Below are positions 13,560 through 27,693 of a stretch of DNA of 64,000 nucleotides, in pieces. The translations under genes and the position numbers were made by a program. The first letter of the stretch is position 1. Each line of letters starts with the position of its first letter. Source of the stretch: Eledone cirrhosa (taxonomy: Eukaryota); NCBI GenBank assembly GCA_964016885.1, contig OZ024764.1, forward strand, positions 21,886,001 to 21,950,000, given 5' to 3'. The notes under the pieces were generated by a model. It made no database searches and was not told where the DNA came from. It worked only from the letters and a program-made list of their open reading frames with translations.

Positions 13560-13985
13560 TTAATCCACTTATTCCAGAGAGGGTCTTGGGGGCAGAGTCC
13601 TCAAACACTCCCTCCAACAGGTCCTGTCAGAAGCAACCCACTCCAACTGATCTGGCTGGATCTCCCAGAGAGACCAGCCAAGCTCATGGATATTATGTGA
13701 CCATCTTGCTCAGGTCTACCCCTGGGTCTCCTGCCGGTTAGTTTTGCCTGTAAAATCTATCCAGTGATTCTTTCCTCAGACATTCTAACCACATGGCCAT
13801 AGTATTGCAGCTGTGATCTCTCAATTCGGAGAAGTAACAGCTCCACCTGGAGTGACTCTCTGATCTCAGAGCTATGCACTTTATTGAGAAAAGTTCCTTC
13901 AAAGACCCTTTAGAGGAATCCCATATCTGCCACTTGTATTCCCAATCATATTCTTTTGGTCATTACCCAAGATATGTGACCATAG
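13560..13985 (-). mobile_element. Old RTE-clade LINE 3' fragment (copies at about 30030-30172 and 47305-47735)
   Basis: IERSQLQYYGHVVRMSEER...GRRPRGRP...RWSHNIHELGW...ASDRTCWR..LPPRP is a typical RTE C-terminus. Confidence 0.75.
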
Positions 13986-16778
13986 CTAAGGGTTGGCACA
14001 AAAACCTAATTGAAGACAGCAAGTTTGGCTTTTATGCCTACCTCCCTTCTTCTGATTACTGAATATTGGAGCTGGTGCATTACTGATATTTCACTGCCCA
14101 CACTGCAAAGTGGTTGGGTAGGAGATATGACAAAAAGCACCCAACCCACACTGTAGAGAACACACAGCCAACATTATAAGGTGGTCATGTAGGTGATATG
14201 ACAAAAAGAAACCAGCCCACACTGCAAAGAACACACAGTCAACATTATGAGGTGGTCATGTAGGAGATATGACAAAAAGCACCCAACCCACACTGTAAAG
14301 AACACAGTCAACATTATAAGGTGGTCATGTAGATGTTACGACAAAAAGTACCCAGCCCACACTGTAAAGTGGTCATATAGGTGACAACAAAAAGAACCCA
14401 GCCAAAACTTTAAAGTGGTCTTGTAGGTGTCACAACAAAAAGCACCCAGTCCACACTATAAAGTGGTCATGTAGGTGTCACAACAAAAAGTAACCAGTCC
14501 ACACTATAAAGTGGTCATGTAGGTGTCACGACAAAAAGCAGCCAGTGCAAACTGTAAAGTGGTCATGTAGGTGTCAACAAAAAGTACCCAGTCTACACTG
14601 TAAAGTGGTTCTGTAGGTGTCACAACAAAAAGGTTCTTCTCTAAAAATATATAATTATATTTTATATTAATGTTAATGATAAAGAATAAATAATATAATA
14701 AATATACCACCATAGGTGCTGAGGTGGCTAGCTGCTGGTGTAAACCTCACGAGATGGAATGGCTCTTCCAGCACATCTAGAACAACATGACCCTCTAATA
14801 TCTAGTATTTGGTAACAAACTAGACCACCCGGGACTTGTTGGGTCACGTTCCCTTAAAACTATTATTTTTAAATCATGTTCACTTAAAAATAATTTTCAA
14901 ATAGTTAAAATATAGACATATATATATATAGACACATATACCACCAGCTCTCTCTCTCTTCCCCTTTCCATCCATCTCCTTCTATCTCTCCTTTTCAATC
15001 CACACTCTCACAACCACTATCTCTTTCTCTCCCTATATTTATGAAGGTACCCAGAAAACCCCGTATCTTGGGAACCTGTGCTCCAATTTATACAAAACTT
15101 GTTTTATTCTTTTCAAAGTATTTCCCCCATTATGCACTGTTTTAGCTGTATTAAATTACCGACAAGACACAATCACAGAGTTTTAGTAGTATATACATAA
15201 TATAGCTACAAATTAAAGTTAGTAAACGACAGTTTGGAGAAATCTGTAACATTTATTAAACATTCCTCAAGTTTGTCAATTCTATAGCATAATAGTTTGT
15301 TAGTTAAAGTGTTTAGTTAGATGTTCTACATATAAAGAAGAGAGAATACTTTACCACAAATATTACAGTGGTATAATGATTATCCCATCTCTTCTGGAAA
15401 ATATTCCTATGTTGATGTAAATATTTCTATTGTTCATAATTTTACTAAATGTGATCTTTGTCAATATCCAAATATTTTGAAAACTCCTTTGTAAATATCC
15501 AAAGTTTAATCAGAATGTAAAATCATCTTGTAAATATTCCAGACAGTGAAAAAGGAAAATGTTGTTATTTATCTCAATTCAGAAGAAATATTTCACCATA
15601 ATTCACCACAGACTAAAGAAGTTTATATCACTTGTATGTAACATCTTTCTGTTGTCTTTAAAAGACTCTTTTCTGTCAAGGTCATGTGATATTCTGAAAT
15701 AGTAGAGAAACATTATTAAGATATTTAGAAAGTAGAGATACAACAGTGAAAACTTTACTACATCTCTATATTAATAGATATAAACCTTACATGGTGACAC
15801 AAACACTACAACACTAACTTACAGGAAACCATCTAGTTACTTGATCTAGTTACTTCAATCAGGTGAAGAGATAAAGGTGAAGAGATCTAGCGGGACTGAC
15901 AGTTACAAGACTATCTGGAGATAGAAGGGTTGGAGAGTAAAAGATCTCCCTGTTTAATATAAGATCTAGAGGGACTGTGAGACTGGTACAAGACAACCTA
16001 GAGAAAAGGGTAGGGACAGTAAAAGATCTTGTTAAATATAAGATCTACAAGGACTGTGAGAGAGGTACAAGACAACCTAGAGAAAGAGGTAGGGACAGTA
16101 AAATATCTCCCTGTTAAATATAAATTCAGAGATGTTCTACATGATACATATGATAAGGAGGAGGAGATTGATAGCTATGACATAGAAGATATCTGGAAGT
16201 TTCTTTCAGGCAGCCTGTTGTGAACCACTGATGAGATCTGTAGTTGATGTATGCTGCCAGCCAGATGAATGTTGCCTTGGTGATGGAATAGTACAGTAGA
16301 TAGAAGTTGAAATCTAAAAGACCTGAAGAGACAGGAGGGGAACAACAATATCAAATAGTTAAAATGGAAGCTAGATATTAGGCTTACAAGTTATTGATTT
16401 CTGTTGTTATTGTTAAAATCCGTTTAATCTGTGATATTTGAGACAATGTACAGGACAATAGACTTAATATCAATGTCTGACTAGCAACAACAAAAGTTTT
16501 CATTTTATTGGCATGTTTAAATTACAGAAGTTCCCAACCTTTACCAAAAATACAAATATATATCTTACCTGTTAAAGTATAATAAATCAAAGTTTAACGT
16601 GAAAAACTTCAATTTACACAAAATCTTCAAACACTACTTCAAAAATGGAAACCTGGTGTTTATGATCCCTGTCATAGGTAAAACCTACAAGGTTAACCCC
16701 AGTTTTAGCAAGGATGATGGATCTACACAATTGTTGTTGTTGTTGTTGTATGATGTAATGAGTTTGATATTGATACAG

Positions 16779-17828
<1,050 letters not shown>

Positions 17829-18880
17829 TCAATCACCTCAGTTTCTCACATAATTCAGTTTTAATATTTTTCTCCTGTCAATATATGGATATTTTTCTTC
17901 TTTATGCTTATAATATTATTCCTAAAATATATTCCTCCAGATATATTTCCATCAACTTTGGTCTTTCTTTATATTTAAAGATGATACAAACTGTTTTGTA
18001 GATCTCTTCAAGTTTAATATACATATAAAATCATCTTGTACATATTCCAGACAGTGAAGAATCTAATTTTTCTGGTTTTCATTTGATTAGTTATTCCTGT
18101 AATAATGGAAATATTTCTACTCCTGTAGTTCCATCAACTATCATCTTTGTCAATATATGAAGATCTTATAAAATCATGTGTAAATTTCTTCAGCTTTATT
18201 TTGTATCTTCTACATATTCCAGACAGCAAAGAATAGAAGTGTTATTGAGTTTACAAGAAATATTTCCCAGTATTTCTCCCATAGATTTATATAAACAATG
18301 TTGTATCTGTTCTGTATAACAGCTTCCTTTAGTCTTTAAAAAATGGTGTTGATGAAACAACTGATATAAAAGTGTTTTATCCTTTTCATATCAGTGTTTA
18401 TATTTATCTAAAAACTTTCCATTGTAACTTCATGAAATTGTGCAAAGTTATGTTCCAAAGAGCAGCTTAATACTGAGAACTTTAGTTATATTACTAAATC
18501 CCTTCAAAGTGTTGAGTGTTTTCAAAATTATTTGAAAATGATGGGTAGTGTCTTTCATTAGAAATGGTTAATGTTGAGGATATGTCTGATGTAACGTGCT
18601 CTTTAATGCCAATGTCCTCTGGTATTCTGAAATAATAAAAGAACATTATAAGATACTCAGAAATTTGTAATAACTGTATTACCCTATAATGATACTATAA
18701 CATTATAAACCTAAAACTTTGTGATTGTGTCTCGTCTGTAATGTAATACAGCCAAAACGGGGCATAATGGGAAAATAGTTTGAAAGGAAGTTGACCCTGA
18801 AATGGGAATACAAATGGGATAAAATAAGTTTCACGTAAATCAGTGCACAGGTTCCCGAGATTTTTTTCAGGTATCTTCAT

Positions 18881-18882
<2 letters not shown>

Positions 18883-18926
<44 letters not shown>

Positions 18927-18941
18927 TGAGAGTGAGAGAGA
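18883..18941. repeat. (AG)n microsatellite
   Basis: Direct reading. Confidence 0.95.
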
Positions 18942-19031
18942 GTAAGAAAGCTGGTGGTGTTGTTGAACGAAAAATTTTAAAATTATAACAAGAGACTTGT
19001 GTGTGTGCGTCTGTGACAGACACTCCCATTT

Positions 19032-22000
19032 ATCATCATCATCATCATCATCATTTTACGTCCGCTTTTCCCTGCTTGCAAGGGTGGGACGGGTCTTATT
19101 CAGCACAGCATCTCTCCACTCGTCACGGTCCCTCGTCATCTCCACCGTGAGCTTCAATGATCTGAGGTCTGTTCTCACCACCTCCGCCCATGTTTTTCGT
19201 GGTCTACCTCTACCACGTCTTCCCTCAACTGGCATTTCCTGGCACTTCTTCACCCATCGGTCATCCTCCATGCGCATCACATGTCCATACCACCTCAGTC
19301 TCCTCTCCCGTACACTACATTCTATCCCTCTCAGACACAGTTTCTCTCTCAACACATTTATGCTGGGTCGTTCACGCACATTTACACTGCACATCCAACG
19401 GAGCATGCTTGCCTCATTTCTCTCCAGCCGTCGCATATCCTCTGCGGTTGCTGCCCATGTCTCACTACCATGCAGCATCGCGCTCCTCACACAGGCATCA
19501 TACAACCGGCCTTTTCGTACGCAGGGAGAAACCCTTCTTCGTCAACAGAGGAAGCAGCTCCCTAAACTTCTTCCAACCCGTCCTTATTCTAGATACTATG
19601 GCCTCGGAACACCCTCCTCCCATGCTAATCTGATCTCCTAGGTACCGAAAGCTATCCACCACTTCTATAGCGCCCTCTCGCATTTGAAAAATGTGTCTAT
19701 CAGTGCGACTTCTACTGTCTAATTTCCCTGTACATCTACTGCATACATATTTCTCCCTACCTGTTAGTTTGCCTGCTATCCCGCTACATCTCTTGTGTAC
19801 CCAGGACCTGCATTGTGTGCATTTTATAGAATTTATGCCAGTTCCTTTTCTGCATATCGAACATGGCCATTTCCCTGACGGAATCAGGGTTTTGTCCTCT
19901 TTTCTACTCATCAACACTTTTGTCTTAGCTAGATTTACTCTCAGTCCTCTTGCTTCCAACTGCTGTTTCCATAGCCGGAATTTATTCTCTAGCTCCTCTA
20001 CTGATTCTGCCATAAGAGCCAGATCGTCAGCATAGAGAAGTTCCCATGGACAGCCAGTCTTAAACTCCTCTGTTATGGCTTGGAGGACTATAATGAACAA
20101 GAGCGGGCTGAGGACCGAACCCTGATGTACTCCTACTTGTATCTGGAATTCCTCACTAAACTCCATTCCTACCCTGACTTTACTGAGAGTACCTCTGTAC
20201 AAAGCTTGCACTGTCCTCACAAGCCATTCCTCAACACCCAGCTTCCTTAGGGACCACCAGATGACAGATCGGGGTACCCTATCAAAGGCCTTCTCTAGGT
20301 CAACAAAGGCTAAGTATAGTGGCTTATTCTTCTCTAAGAACCTCTCTTGCATTTGTCTCACCAAGAAGAGGGCATCTGTTGTACTCTTCCCAGGCACAAA
20401 ACCAAACTGCATCTCATCTAGTTTGACCCTTTCTCTAATTAGTTGTGCTAAAATCCTTTCTGCCACTTTCATAACCTGATCTATCAGCTTTATACCCCTA
20501 TAATTGCTCCTCTCCAAAGCATCCCCTTTACCTTTGCAGCAATTTATGAGAATACTGCTGCACCAGTCTTTGGGTATGACACCACCATATATAGCCTAAT
20601 TGATGATGCGTGCAACCAGTTTAGTGCCTACGTCCCCTGATGCCTTCAGCATCTCAGCAACTATTCCCGATGGTCCGGCCGCCTTACCATTTTTCATTTC
20701 CCTAATCACCTCTTGGACCCTATATTCGTCAATCTCAATAGCTGGTCCCTCTGTCGGATCTACCAAGGGTAATTTCTCTCTCTCCCATTCGTTCTCCACA
20801 TTCATCAGTCTCTCATAATGACATTTCCAGGCCTCCTTTTTCTGGTCATTCATCCCGGACACATTTATCACCAACAACATCCTGATTTGCATTGACACAC
20901 TGCCTTGCAATTTGGAACACCGCACGCCTCTGATCTTCCCGTCGCAGAACATTGGCAAACCTCCTACTCTCTGCCTCCCTGCGTGCTAAGTACACCTGAC
21001 GTCTAGCTTCTCTCTTAGTGGCTGTATATTCTTCCCTACTCCCACCCTTTTTCCAAGCCTTCCATGCTAGTCTTTTGTCTCTAATAGCCTTATCTACTGT
21101 GCTGTTCCACCACCAGGTCACTCTCTGTCTGGTTGGAGCTCTGCTCCAGCCACAGGTTTCATCAGTAGCCTGCAGCAAGTTGTCACGTAAGAACTTCCAG
21201 TTATTATCTATGTCATACGTCTCTAAATCGTCTTCTTTTTCGTCATATACATCTTGAAGGGCTTTCCTAAATTTGAATTTTAGTGAAAGGTCTTTTAGCT
21301 TCCAGACCTTTCTTCTCCACACCTTCCTATATGTCTCATTCCATCTCTTGCTTACTGAGATATCACTAACAACTAACCTATGCTGTGGGGTACATTCTTC
21401 CCCAGGGTATGCCTTGGTATTAGACACTATCTGCCTGTCCCGCTGCCTAACTAGCAGGAAGTCAATCTGGCTTATGTGCTCACCAGATTTGTAGGTTATT
21501 AGGTGATTGGCAGGTTTCTGGAAGTTTGTGTTGCAAATAGTCAATGTACTTGCATCACAAAATTCAAGAAGTCTCACTCCTTCTTCATTTCTTGAACCGT
21601 AACCGTGCCCACCATGTACCCCAGTGTAACCATCCTGGAGCTGTCCAACATGACCATTGAAGTCTCCTGCTAGCATAACGATGTCTCCGTCCTCTGTCAT
21701 TGTGGTTGTTTGCAAAAGTTGCTCATAAAAGCAGTCTTTCTCATCTTTGCCTAGGCCTGCTTGGGGAGCATAGACAGAGATGATTGTCAGTCGTCTCTTG
21801 CCTACAACTAATCTAAGCTTAATTATTCGATTACTAACTCGAACTACCTCTATTGTCTTATTGATCCATTTCTCAGCCAGGAAAATGCCTACTCCCCCTA
21901 ACCCATCATCCTTACCTACCCAGAATAGCTTATAGCTAAGACGCTTGCCTACGACTAGTCTCGCAGAGGCACCTCTCCATCTCACCTCTTGCACGCAGCA

Positions 22001-22292
22001 CATATCCACCTGCCTTCTCTCCAGCATCTCCGCTATTTCAGCAGATCTACCTCTGAGAGTGCCAACATTAAGTGTTGCAACTCTGAGATGCGACGTCTTC
22101 ATATTTTTCTATGCTGTTTTGTTGCTGTGCTGATAAGCTTTTTGGCATTGATACACTGGTTGGATGCCCTTCCTAACACCAGCGCCACTTTACAGCATGG
22201 ACTGGGCGCTTTTATTTGTGCCACCAGCACTAGAGAGGATGTCTTACTAGACTCAAGGGCCCTCTCTACCCCTCCATTTTACAGCATGGTCA
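19032..22292 (-). mobile_element. Near full-length RTE-clade LINE (APE endonuclease + RT + PHD-like module) in the ZNF2 intron
   Basis: ATLNVGTL..CVQEVRW..GDFNGHVG..QIDFLL..QHRLV; VDLEKAFDRV, QGSVLSP, LYADD; (GAT)n tail at 19032-19054; three lesions: frameshift about 20850, stop 20596, frameshift about 19510. Confidence 0.95.
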
Positions 22293-22529
22293 TAAAAAAA
22301 AAAAAAAAAAAAACTTATTGACACGACGCACACACAAACACTCACACACCAACACTCATGCATACAAACCACAACCACACATACCAACACTCATTCATGC
22401 ATACAATCACACACACCACTCACAAACATATATATACATATATTACCGACAGTACCGATACAAAATCAAAATCGTCAAAATCACTATCATGTCAACTGTT
22501 GACCTTTCCCAGTCCAGTTCGGCTTGTAT

Positions 22530-23075
22530 ATAATAACAATAACAATAATAATTGTTTGCTTTACGCTGGTAATGGCGGTGGTGGATGGTGTCAGTGTGGT
22601 GGTGGTGGATGGTATCAGCGTGGTGGTGGTGGATGGTCAGTGATGGTGGTGGTGGATGGTATCAGCGTGGTGGTGGTGGATGGTCAGTGATGGTGGTGGC
22701 AGTTGTTGGTGCTGTAGTTGTTATTGTAGTTGTTGTCGTTGTTGCTGTTGTTGTCCTTCATTTCACTGCTGCTGTTGCTGCAGACAATGGTGTTGATGCT
22801 GTTATTGCTGTCGCATATATACAAATACATACACACACACACACATTCAACACAGACGATGGTGTTGTTGCTGTTGTTGTTGTTGGTGTTGCTGCTGTTG
22901 TTGTTGTAGTTGTTGCTGTGTTGAAATCTGGTCGCATCCACTGAGATATACATATACACACACATACACATATGTATATACACACACATACACATATGTA
23001 TATACACACACATACACACACATACACATATGTATATACACACACATACACATATGTATATACACACACATACAT
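22530..23075. repeat. Compound simple repeats: (AAT/AAC)n, (GGT)n, (GTT)n, (CA/TA)n
   Basis: Direct reading; the overlapping ORFs are low-complexity artefacts. Confidence 0.9.
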
Positions 23076-23334
23076 CAAAAGAGAGTCAGCAGTATGTCAA
23101 CAGGGGACAGGACAGCGACCTGAGAGTAATGTGGTGATGGTGGGGAGCGAGTGTAGGCGTGATTGTTATTGTGGTGACGGGGGGGGGGGGGGTCAGTGAG
23201 ATGTACAAGCTCATAGATCACTTCTCTCTTTTCCTCTCTCTTCAAAATTTTGAATTTATGGCCTTTTGCAATGGCGGCCAAGTATATATAATATATATAT
23301 ATGAAGCAAAGAAAAGAAAATTTTCACTGATATG

Positions 23335-23645
23335 AAAGATTTCCTGGTAGAAGTTCAGGTGTATTCAGTGATTGGTATCCAGTTTCGGGGTATCCAATTA
23401 GAAAATCCAACGAATCTTTAAGAGGGGTCCACGCAAGCATTGATATATATATATGTATATATATAAAATGCAAGCAGAAATAACAACGAAAGATTTCCTG
23501 GTAGAAGTTCAGGTGTATTCAGTGTTGGTATCCAGTGTCGGGGTATCCAATTAGAAAATCCAATGAATTTTTGAGAGGGGTCCACGCAAGCATATATATA
23601 GATATATATATGTATATATGCAAAATGCAAGCAGAAATAACAACA
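23335..23645. repeat. Two tandem copies of a unit of about 155 bp, origin unknown
   Basis: GATTTCCTGGTAGAAGTTCAGGTGTATTCAGTG...GAGGGGTCCACGCAAGCAT occurs at about 23338 and 23492. Confidence 0.85.
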
Positions 23646-23819
23646 CATATACTAATGAACATACATTAAACACAGAGGGACTGTAAATGATAATAGCAAT
23701 ATCTAGATATAAATATATAAATGTACATATCTCTATTGGTCTCATAAATTTTAAATTTTCTCTTTCCTCTTGTGTGTGTGTGTAGCAACACATGGTTGTG
23801 TGTTGCTGCTGACTCTAGC

Positions 23820-23873
<54 letters not shown>

Positions 23874-24049
23874 GGGCCTACTAATTTCATTTTACATTAT
23901 ATACATGTCTGTGTATATTTTAATTATTTAAATATTATTTTTAAAGGGAACGTGACCCATCAGGTCACAGGTGTTCTAGTAAGATTATAAATACAAACAC
24001 ACAACAGATAGAATCTACTCAAACGTTAATATCTCAGACCCCAGTAGAT

Positions 24050-24185
24050 TACTGGAACTTTAATTTATCCACCCCGTTAGAATGAAAGACAAAGTTAACT
24101 TTGGTGGTATTTGAACTCATAACATAAAGGGTTGAAATCCCACCGAAGTTAGCTTTGCCCTTCATCTTTACGGGGTTGATTTAAG
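24050..24185. mobile_element. Two opposed SINE-like fragments forming a hairpin
   Basis: ATTTATCCACCCCG...AAAGTTAACTTTGGTGGTATTT is the approximate reverse complement of AAATCCCACCGAAGTTAGCTTTG...CGGGGTTGATTT. Confidence 0.55.
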
Positions 24186-24607
24186 ATCTAATAATAGTTT
24201 CTGATTTAGACACAAGGTCGACAATGTTTGGGGGGAATGAGTTGATTAAATCAAACACAATTACTGTGAGATCACTTCTTTGATAGTTTGTTTAAAAATA
24301 ACTGATTCACAATTTACGTATGAAAAGTTGACAAAGATTTACAAGTGGTGTTATCAATAAATAGGGCCTTCAAAGTAGCAGGAAACGACTAGATTTGTAG
24401 ATAAAGAAGTGGGAGACAGGATTATCAGAGTTTAGAAGAGCTACACACTTCTCCAGTTGGCTGGGAAATAATTATATTTCCTTAATTTTATCTCTAGACC
24501 TCTTAGATGTTTGCAATCGATTTTTCTTCCTGAAAACGGAAACCCTAACCCTAATACTGGGGAATAAAACGTCTATTGCAAGTATCTAAGGGGTCCAGAG
24601 AAAATAC

Positions 24608-25130
24608 TCGTGGGGGTACCTGGTTATTTCAGCACCTTAGCCTCACCTTACCGAGGTGATAGGTGATACCCGTGAGGGTACCTGGTTATTTCAGTACCCT
24701 AGCCACACCTTACTGAGGCGTCAGGTGATACCCGTGAGGGTACCTGGTTATTTCAGCACCTTAGCCTCACCTTACTGAGGTGTCAGGTGATACCGTGGGG
24801 GTACCTGGTTATTTCAACACCTTAGTAATGCTGCCAGTGTGTTGGCTTGCCTCAAAGTGTGTAGTTAACCCCTAAGGTGTGAGGTGTAGCCTATTATCAC
24901 ACTTGGTGGTCAATTGCCATCTCCCACTGTGTTTTTCTTTCCTTTATCATTATTGCTCAATAAATTATATTATTATACACAGTTTAGACAATATATTTGT
25001 AATGTCTTTCTCAAGGAATTGCCAGCAATTTATAATGTTATTTACACACTTATGTTATTTATGTATATATTTAAAACATATTTACAACGTTATTCTACTG
25101 TAAATTTATACAATTGTAATGAAATATATT
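24608..25130 (+). mobile_element. Old CRE-like retrotransposon 3' end with a 62-bp tandem repeat (4 units here, 3 at 39340-39500, 2 at 56705-56805)
   Basis: The unit-3 copy translates EVSGDTREGTWLFQHLSLTITRCNAASVLACLK, matching the C-terminus of the element at 39590-43864; the downstream AT-rich sequence matches its 3' UTR. Confidence 0.8.
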
Positions 25131-25357
25131 AATTATATCATCACATAATATAAAAACGACCTTTAGAATATTTAAATATTTAGTTTTGTTAATTTATTTT
25201 TCAGCAACAACAAAAGTTTTCACTTTAATTAATTAGAGGTAGGTAAAATATAGATAATTACGATAACATTTTATATTTCCAGTAATGAAACAAACAAGAA
25301 AATATATATTTGTGATGTGAAAAGTGAGCTTAAATCTACAATATTAATAGACATAAT

Positions 25358-25502
25358 ACTTACATTATAGTCTCAGGTATTTAGTATTTACAGAAATGTT
25401 GTCTAAATGATGTTGTAGGAAGACTAACACGTGGACAGGAAGTCGACAACTGCACCACTGCGCATGCTTCAATGTCAAAGGTCAAGTTTTTTTGTGACGT
25501 AA
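25358..25502 (-). promoter_or_regulatory. Candidate promoter and non-coding exon 1 of ZNF2
   Basis: CACGTG 25428, CAGGAAGT (ETS) 25436, TGCGCATGC (NRF1-like) 25459, TGACGTAA 25495 in an AT-rich context; minus-strand donor AT|GTAAGT at 25363-25358; conserved in three units. Confidence 0.6.
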
Positions 25503-25799
25503 AAATATTTTTACCGAATTAAATTATGTAAAGTTTGTAATAGAAAAATGAAAGTTGAAAACAGTAAATGTAATTAAAATAGAGAAAGTAAGGTGTTGGT
25601 GGTGAGGAATGGACGGTAGACATTTCACCTCAGTCTAGGTAGTGTATTTTATCTGTGTCACTCGGACAATAGCCAGCGATGACCACTACACCAACCACTC
25701 TCTCCTTCAGGTGGTGTCCACTTTCGTGAGTCTGTAAAAATACAGGGCAGTGGGAAGACAGAGGACAGCAGAGGAGGTCTTGACTTGAAAAGAGTATCA

Positions 25800-26190
25800 C
25801 TTGATACCTCGATATAACCTGTTGGTAGATATAGTAGGGTGCTGGATCAATCGAGTACCCTGACAGAGATCACCGGGTATCTCGGTAAGATCGGGTCATA
25901 TGGAGGCTAAGTTGCCAGAACAGCTAAGTACCCTGACAGAGATCACCGGGTATCTCGGTAAGATCGGGTCATATGGAGGTTAAGTTGCCAGAACAGCTAA
26001 GTACCCTGACAGAGATCACCGGGTATCTCGGTAAAATCATGTCATGTGGGGGCTAAACCACCCAAACAGCTAAGTACCCTCACAAGAGTCATCGGGTACT
26101 TCGGTAAAGCCAGCCGCCAACAGTGACCACAACTTCGTTGTCAGCAGCCCAGCTTCTCAAACATCACAGACTGGAATAAATACTTTGCCG
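25800..26190 (-). mobile_element. Old CRE-like C-terminal fragment with a 73-bp tandem repeat (copies at about 44750-45710 and 62040-62355)
   Basis: YLFQSVMFE...SLLAAGFTEVPDDSCEGT*LF resembles YIFQPVAFE...SSLAARLIEVT; repeat starts at 25855, 25928, 26001, 26074. Confidence 0.7.
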
Positions 26191-26359
26191 ATAATTACTG
26201 GTAGTTTAACTTTTATTTCGTTCGTCTACAGAAGCAGTGACCCTCACTTTTACTACAGCATGTAGGATGTGGGAGGGAGAGAAAAACATCACTAACTGGG
26301 GTCTCACAAATGTGACAGTTAGTTTTGAAAATACATATACAACATACAAGATAAATGAC

Positions 26360-26580
26360 TAGACTGAAATATATTTGATAGGGAATAAAGAGTAGAATAT
26401 TCTAGTCTGTGGTGTTGGAGAAGTTTGGAGGAGATAGGTCCCTGACAACGAGGTTCTTGTTATCGTTGGCAGCTCTCCTTACCGAGGTGTCAGGTGATAC
26501 ATATGAGGGTGTTTGGTAGTTCCAGCATCTTAGCCTTGCTATCACTCGAGGTAAGACTGTCTCAGAAAGTATTAGAGGGA
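26360..26580 (+). mobile_element. Third old CRE-like C-terminal fragment (copies at about 45885-46105 and 62528-62748)
   Basis: VVLEKFGGDRSLTTRFLLSLAALLTEVSGDTYEGVW*FQHLSLAITRG. Confidence 0.8.
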
Positions 26581-27693
26581 GACTCCGGCACCCCATATGA
26601 TGTGAGACTGATTGACAGAGTGTTGACTTAATATTTTCATTTGTTGTAATTCTATGTGAAATATATCTCTATGTAAGTAACTTGGTTACGTGAATCATTG
26701 TGAATCACGTAAATACTTAAACAGAAATCTACTTAGGACACAAAATAAAGCAGGTTCCATTGTACAAAACATATAAAGCACGTATATCAAAAAGAAGGGG
26801 GGATGTAACAAGAGTTGTCTCCCCTTACATATGTTTTACAGTAGTGTACGTTTGTGTGTTTCTCTATCTCTCTCTATATATATAAATATATATATTTTTT
26901 TTACGATCGACTTTTAGTCAAATCGGACCGAGGAAACAATGTTTCCATTGGTCTTTCCAATAGCTAATACTATCTATTGGTCGCAACTCCAGAAGACTGC
27001 AAATGACTGTCTCATACTTCTTTGAAAGATGTTTTCAAACAAACACGTGTACAAAATCCTATTGTGTTAAAAGTAATAATTACGTATGAAACAAATTATT
27101 CATTAAAGTAATTAGCAAATACGTTTTTATATATGGTGTCTAGCAAGGGGACCCACTCGCCTCACTCCTATTGGTGGTGACAGTTGACAACATGGTCTAA
27201 TTACAGCTGTCTGGTACCTAGATGACACAACCCTGGGTGGCTCGGCTGAGACAGGTTAAGGCCTCTCTAAACCCAAGTATATTACAGTCCTACATAACTG
27301 GGATGACATCAATTGTAGGTAGGTCTCTTCACACCGGTCACCATCAAGACCTCAGAAGTACTTAGACCCCGTACTGCGAAGCTCCTCTGTAAGATCAGTA
27401 GGTTGGTGGCCCTTCTGAAGAGGGAGTCCCATGAGGTTGGGGTGGCTGTAACTGTCCATCGTCCGGAGCAAATACTTTTGCAGTCTTATCCACAGGGCGC
27501 AGCATTTCTGCCCCCTTAACCTAGACCCAAAGCACAATTATTTGCTTTTTGCTGAATTGTGGGTACTTTCGTATTTAGTTCTTTTGTGACCCTTCTTTGA
27601 AATGTCTTTGACTCATGTGGTGACCTGCTGGTAGTTAATGTAGCAGAACACACTGAAGGACATGCTGCCCTCCCTAGTGTTCGTAACCTACAT

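Noticed and set aside
22318-23990. Many short ORFs (poly-V, poly-Q, YI and CV repeats)
   Set aside because: Translations of microsatellites
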